From assembly GCA_963806185.1 (NCBI GenBank), contig CAWDXE010000007.1, forward strand, positions 608,001 through 672,000: a DNA stretch of 64,000 nucleotides. The letters are read 5' to 3'. The position numbers and the translations under genes are program-made. A model generated the notes under the pieces. That model worked only from the letters and a program-made list of their open reading frames with translations. It was not told the origin of the DNA and ran no database searches. Shown one piece after another: positions 60,912 through 64,000 of this stretch. Every line of letters starts with the position of its first letter. The first letter of the stretch is position 1. The stretch comes from an uncultured candidate division Zixibacteria bacterium. GTDB taxonomy: Bacteria > Zixibacteria > MSB-5A5 > GN15 > FEB-12.

Positions 60912-61901
60912 ATGGAAACCTATTTTCTCATAGGGCCAAAGCCGCCGCCGCTGGGGGGGATCAGTGTATATGTGGATCGGTTCAGCCGCCGACTGAGGGA
61001 TCAGGGTGTTGGCGTACGTGTTGTCGATCCCGGGAAATTGTCGACAGCCAGACGACTCGCATTCGCGGCCCGCATCGCCACAAACCCGCGACCGGCCACA
61101 TATCACATCAATGGATTTCAACTTTCTATTGTGTTGGCTCTGGTTCTTCGGCCATTTCCGGGACGAATCATCTTCCATGATCATTCCGGACGTTACGTAG
61201 AGGGACTCTCACGGTTCAGAAGGTTGGCTCTTCGCTTGCTGTTCTGCCGAGTTGACGAGTGCATCCTGGTGAATGATCATATTGTTGACATATATAAGAG
61301 AAATGGTCTTGCGCTTCCCAGCCAGGTCAAGGTCGAATCGGCGTTTTTGCCTCCTCCGCCGGAGGACGAGTCGGTTATCTGGCAGTCGTACTCGAGCGAA
61401 GTCAGACAGTTTGTCGAAACGCGTCATCCACTTATCATTGCCAACGCCTTCCGGATCACTTTCTATCAGGGAATCGATTTGTACGGCCTGGACATGTGTG
61501 TCGATCTGGTGACAAGGTTGGTGTCGGATTATGCAAACGTCGGTCTCCTGTTCGCCCTGGCCGATATTGGAGATCGGGAATATTATCAACTGATGAATCA
61601 CCGGATTGAGGCTTTGGGAGTTAGATCGCACATCCTTTTCATGACCGGTCAAAGAGAACTCTGGCCACTGTTCAAGAAGGCCACGGTCATGGTGCGACCT
61701 ACCTGTGTTGATGGTTCCCCCGTCAGTGTGTGTGAAGCGCTCTATCTGGGCTGTCCCGCCGTGGCCAGCGATGTGTGCAAGCGGGCGGACGGCGCTGTGA
61801 TTTTCAGGAGTCGCGATCTTGACGACTTTGTCTCGCAGGTTCGCCGCGCCCTGGGGTCCGTTGAAGAGCGGAACGGCCTGTTGGGTCAATCCATAAAATA
61901 G
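60912..61901 (+). CDS. GT4-like glycosyltransferase
   Basis: GPKPPPLGGIS; RPTCVDGSPVSVCEALYLGCPAVASD. Confidence 0.85.
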   Translation: METYFLIGPKPPPLGGISVYVDRFSRRLRDQGVGVRVVDPGKLSTARRLAFAARIATNPRPATYHINGFQLSIVLALVLRPFPGRIIFHDHSGRYVEGLSRFRRLALRLLFCRVDECILVNDHIVDIYKRNGLALPSQVKVESAFLPPPPEDESVIWQSYSSEVRQFVETRHPLIIANAFRITFYQGIDLYGLDMCVDLVTRLVSDYANVGLLFALADIGDREYYQLMNHRIEALGVRSHILFMTGQRELWPLFKKATVMVRPTCVDGSPVSVCEALYLGCPAVASDVCKRADGAVIFRSRDLDDFVSQVRRALGSVEERNGLLGQSIK

Positions 61902-62024
61902 CGTATATTGGGCGATCATTTCGGACCGCGATTCGGTTCGGAACCCGTTATTGACGTAGAAGGTAGGTCAATGTCAGCAGGGGGCGGAGGCCCTCGTTAC
62001 TGAGCACTGGGAGGTGCCTTTTTC

Positions 62025-63575
62025 GTGATGGACAGGGGTCCCGAGAGCTTTCGAGAGACTGACGAGTTGCCGCTGAGCCCGGCGGCGGTACCGGCGGCGC
62101 AGGATCCGTCCCAGCGCATGCGCCGGCTCGTCAAGAATATGAGCATATACGGCCTGGGTGGCGTGCTCGGCAAAGCCATCCAGTTTCTCCTTTTGCCGGT
62201 GTATACCCGAGTACTTGCCCCGGCCGATTACGGTGCTCTGGAATTGGTCTATATCACGGCCAATCTGCTTACCCTTGGGTATGGCTTGATGATCGGCAGT
62301 GGCTATGTCCGCATCTATTTTGACTCTCGGGAACAGGCGCATCGCGACATGGCTCTGGGCTCGGCCTTCTGGTTTACGTTCCTTTGCGTTGTGATCGGCG
62401 GTCCGCTGGCATTCACTTTTGCGCCGCAAATCAGCGGCGCAGTATTTGATTTTTCAGAGGGCGCCCATTTCCTGAGACTCATCATTATCTCCGCCGGCAT
62501 CCAGGTGCACTCTCGCATTCTCTATAGTAACCTGATGGTGCGCGAACGGGCACGGCAATATGTTACGGTTACTCTGTCCAGTCTGGTGATAACCCTCTCG
62601 GTCACGATCTTTCTGGTCGTGAAGATGAATATGGGGGTAGAAGGCGTGCTGATCGCACAGATCATAGCTTACTCGCTTGAGCTTTTGATTCTGTGTTTGA
62701 TGATTGTGCGCCGGTCGATCTTCCATTATGCCGCGTCGGCGGTTAGAGAGATGCTCTATTTCTCCGTTCCGTTGATTCCGTTGCAACTCGCGGCCTTTGT
62801 TCTTTCGATGTCCGATCGGTTCTTTCTGCAGAAGTACCAATCACTTAGCGAAGTCGGATTGTATGCCCTGGGAGCAAAATTTGCCGGCATCATCCCTTTG
62901 CTGACGGTTGAGCCGCTCAAGGCATTCGCCCCGCATCTCTTCAATCTCATCGATACGCCGGAGAAGTGCAAAGCCACCTTGGCCGACTTCACCAGGTATT
63001 TTCTCGCGGGAAGCCTTTTCCTGGCGCTGGCCATTGCCCTCTTTTCGCGCGAGGTCCTGATGGTCATGTCAAACAAAGCCTACCAGGACAGCTACCAGGT
63101 CATTTACATACTCAGCATCTCGTATGTGTTTTTCGGAATGTACACCATTTCCTGTTATCCAATAAATATCGTCAAGAAGAACTGGATTATTGCCGTTTCC
63201 TGGGCCATCGTTGCCTCATGCAATGTGGCGTTGAATATTCTGCTCGTCCCCAGGTACGGAATGATCGGCGCGGCGTGCGCCTCCATGTGCTCGTACCTGC
63301 TCGTCGTAGTCGGTAACATGCTGATTGTGAAGAGAGTGTATCCCGTCAATTACCGATACCGCTCCTATCTTGGCCTCTTTGCGACCGCGACACTCATCTA
63401 CGGAGTTTCAAGCGTGATCGGCTTCGGTGTGGCCGTGTCGGCAGCCGCCAAGCTCGGCCTGCTCGCTCTGTTTCCGCTCCTCATGGTCTATACGGGATAT
63501 ATCACACGCGACGAAATCACCCGCGGCCGCGAGCTGTTTGTCCAAACCATCAAGAGATTTCGGTCGACTGACTGA
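62025..63575 (+). CDS. Oligosaccharide flippase (Wzx-like)
   Basis: FLLLPVYTRVLAPADYG, ~12-14 TM segments, SDRFFL..VGLYA, LNILLVPRYGMIGAA. Confidence 0.88.
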   Translation: MMDRGPESFRETDELPLSPAAVPAAQDPSQRMRRLVKNMSIYGLGGVLGKAIQFLLLPVYTRVLAPADYGALELVYITANLLTLGYGLMIGSGYVRIYFDSREQAHRDMALGSAFWFTFLCVVIGGPLAFTFAPQISGAVFDFSEGAHFLRLIIISAGIQVHSRILYSNLMVRERARQYVTVTLSSLVITLSVTIFLVVKMNMGVEGVLIAQIIAYSLELLILCLMIVRRSIFHYAASAVREMLYFSVPLIPLQLAAFVLSMSDRFFLQKYQSLSEVGLYALGAKFAGIIPLLTVEPLKAFAPHLFNLIDTPEKCKATLADFTRYFLAGSLFLALAIALFSREVLMVMSNKAYQDSYQVIYILSISYVFFGMYTISCYPINIVKKNWIIAVSWAIVASCNVALNILLVPRYGMIGAACASMCSYLLVVVGNMLIVKRVYPVNYRYRSYLGLFATATLIYGVSSVIGFGVAVSAAAKLGLLALFPLLMVYTGYITRDEITRGRELFVQTIKRFRSTD

Positions 63576-63657
63576 GCGGAACTGCCCCTCACTTTTGGTT
63601 GACGCGGCCGTCAACCCTGCCTTGATTGACAGCATCAGCAGGCGCTGAGCTTTAGCT

Positions 63658-64000
63658 ATGGAAAGTACTCGCGGTCATATCCTCATCATCTCCTACTCCT
63701 TTCGACCATTTGTCGATCCGAGAGCCTTTCGGTGGACGAGCATTGCCGAGGAGTTTGTTCGTCGCGGCTATTCGGTGTCGGTGGTGGCTGCCTGGCGACC
63801 GGGAACCGTGCGGGAGGAGTATGCCAATGGTATCCACGTCTACCGAACCGGTGGCCGGTTCGTCGAGCGACTCCGACCGTTGCTCGGCGGATCCAGAGTG
63901 ATGGCGCCAAATTCAATCGATATTTTGCCGAAACCCGAATCGCGCCGCACGCTTATGCGAAAGATTCACGACGCAACCTGGAAGCAGCTGCACTGGCCGG
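63658..64000 (+). CDS. Glycosyltransferase (GT4 N-terminal), truncated at window end
   Basis: Not in the ORF track; ATG 63658 reads MESTRGHILIISYSFRPFVDPRAFRWTSIAEEFVRRGYSVSVV..NGIHVYR, open to the end. Confidence 0.75.
   Translation, partial: MESTRGHILIISYSFRPFVDPRAFRWTSIAEEFVRRGYSVSVVAAWRPGTVREEYANGIHVYRTGGRFVERLRPLLGGSRVMAPNSIDILPKPESRRTLMRKIHDATWKQLHWP

Overview
GC-rich bacterial chromosomal segment. It is probably from an FCB-group lineage such as Zixibacteria; this is inferred from the cohesin-like, dockerin and T9SS-type C-terminal domains, not proven. Bases 1-34.8 kb are a flagellar/chemotaxis cluster: cheB, a FleS/FleR-like sigma54 two-component pair, motAB, flgBC, fliEFGHIJ, flgFGAHIJ, flgNK-csrA-flgL-fliW, two TPR glycosyltransferases, a 733-aa flagellin, fliDS, flgM-like and an HDOD gene. 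The cluster is interrupted by an antisense secreted tandem-cohesin-like protein and a sigma28-driven Cys4 microprotein. Bases 35-57.3 kb are housekeeping genes (tRNA-Val, thrS-infC-rpmI-rplT-pheST, zapB-like, zapA, rny, ruvCAB, queA, ispDF, dedA, ddl, HAD, M42 peptidase, cysS, tRNA-Thr) plus a secreted C-type-lectin/beta-helix/dockerin protein. Bases 57.3-64 kb begin a surface polysaccharide locus. About 12 single-base frameshifts, several in essential genes, look like sequencing indels. The most notable signals are: a candidate non-cellulosomal cohesin-dockerin display system; two sigma54 promoters with near-identical enhancer/IHF geometry, one embedded in motB; five sigma28-like promoters, one exposing a candidate small gene; and many CsrA-type GGA hairpins, including a CsrB-like flagellin leader.
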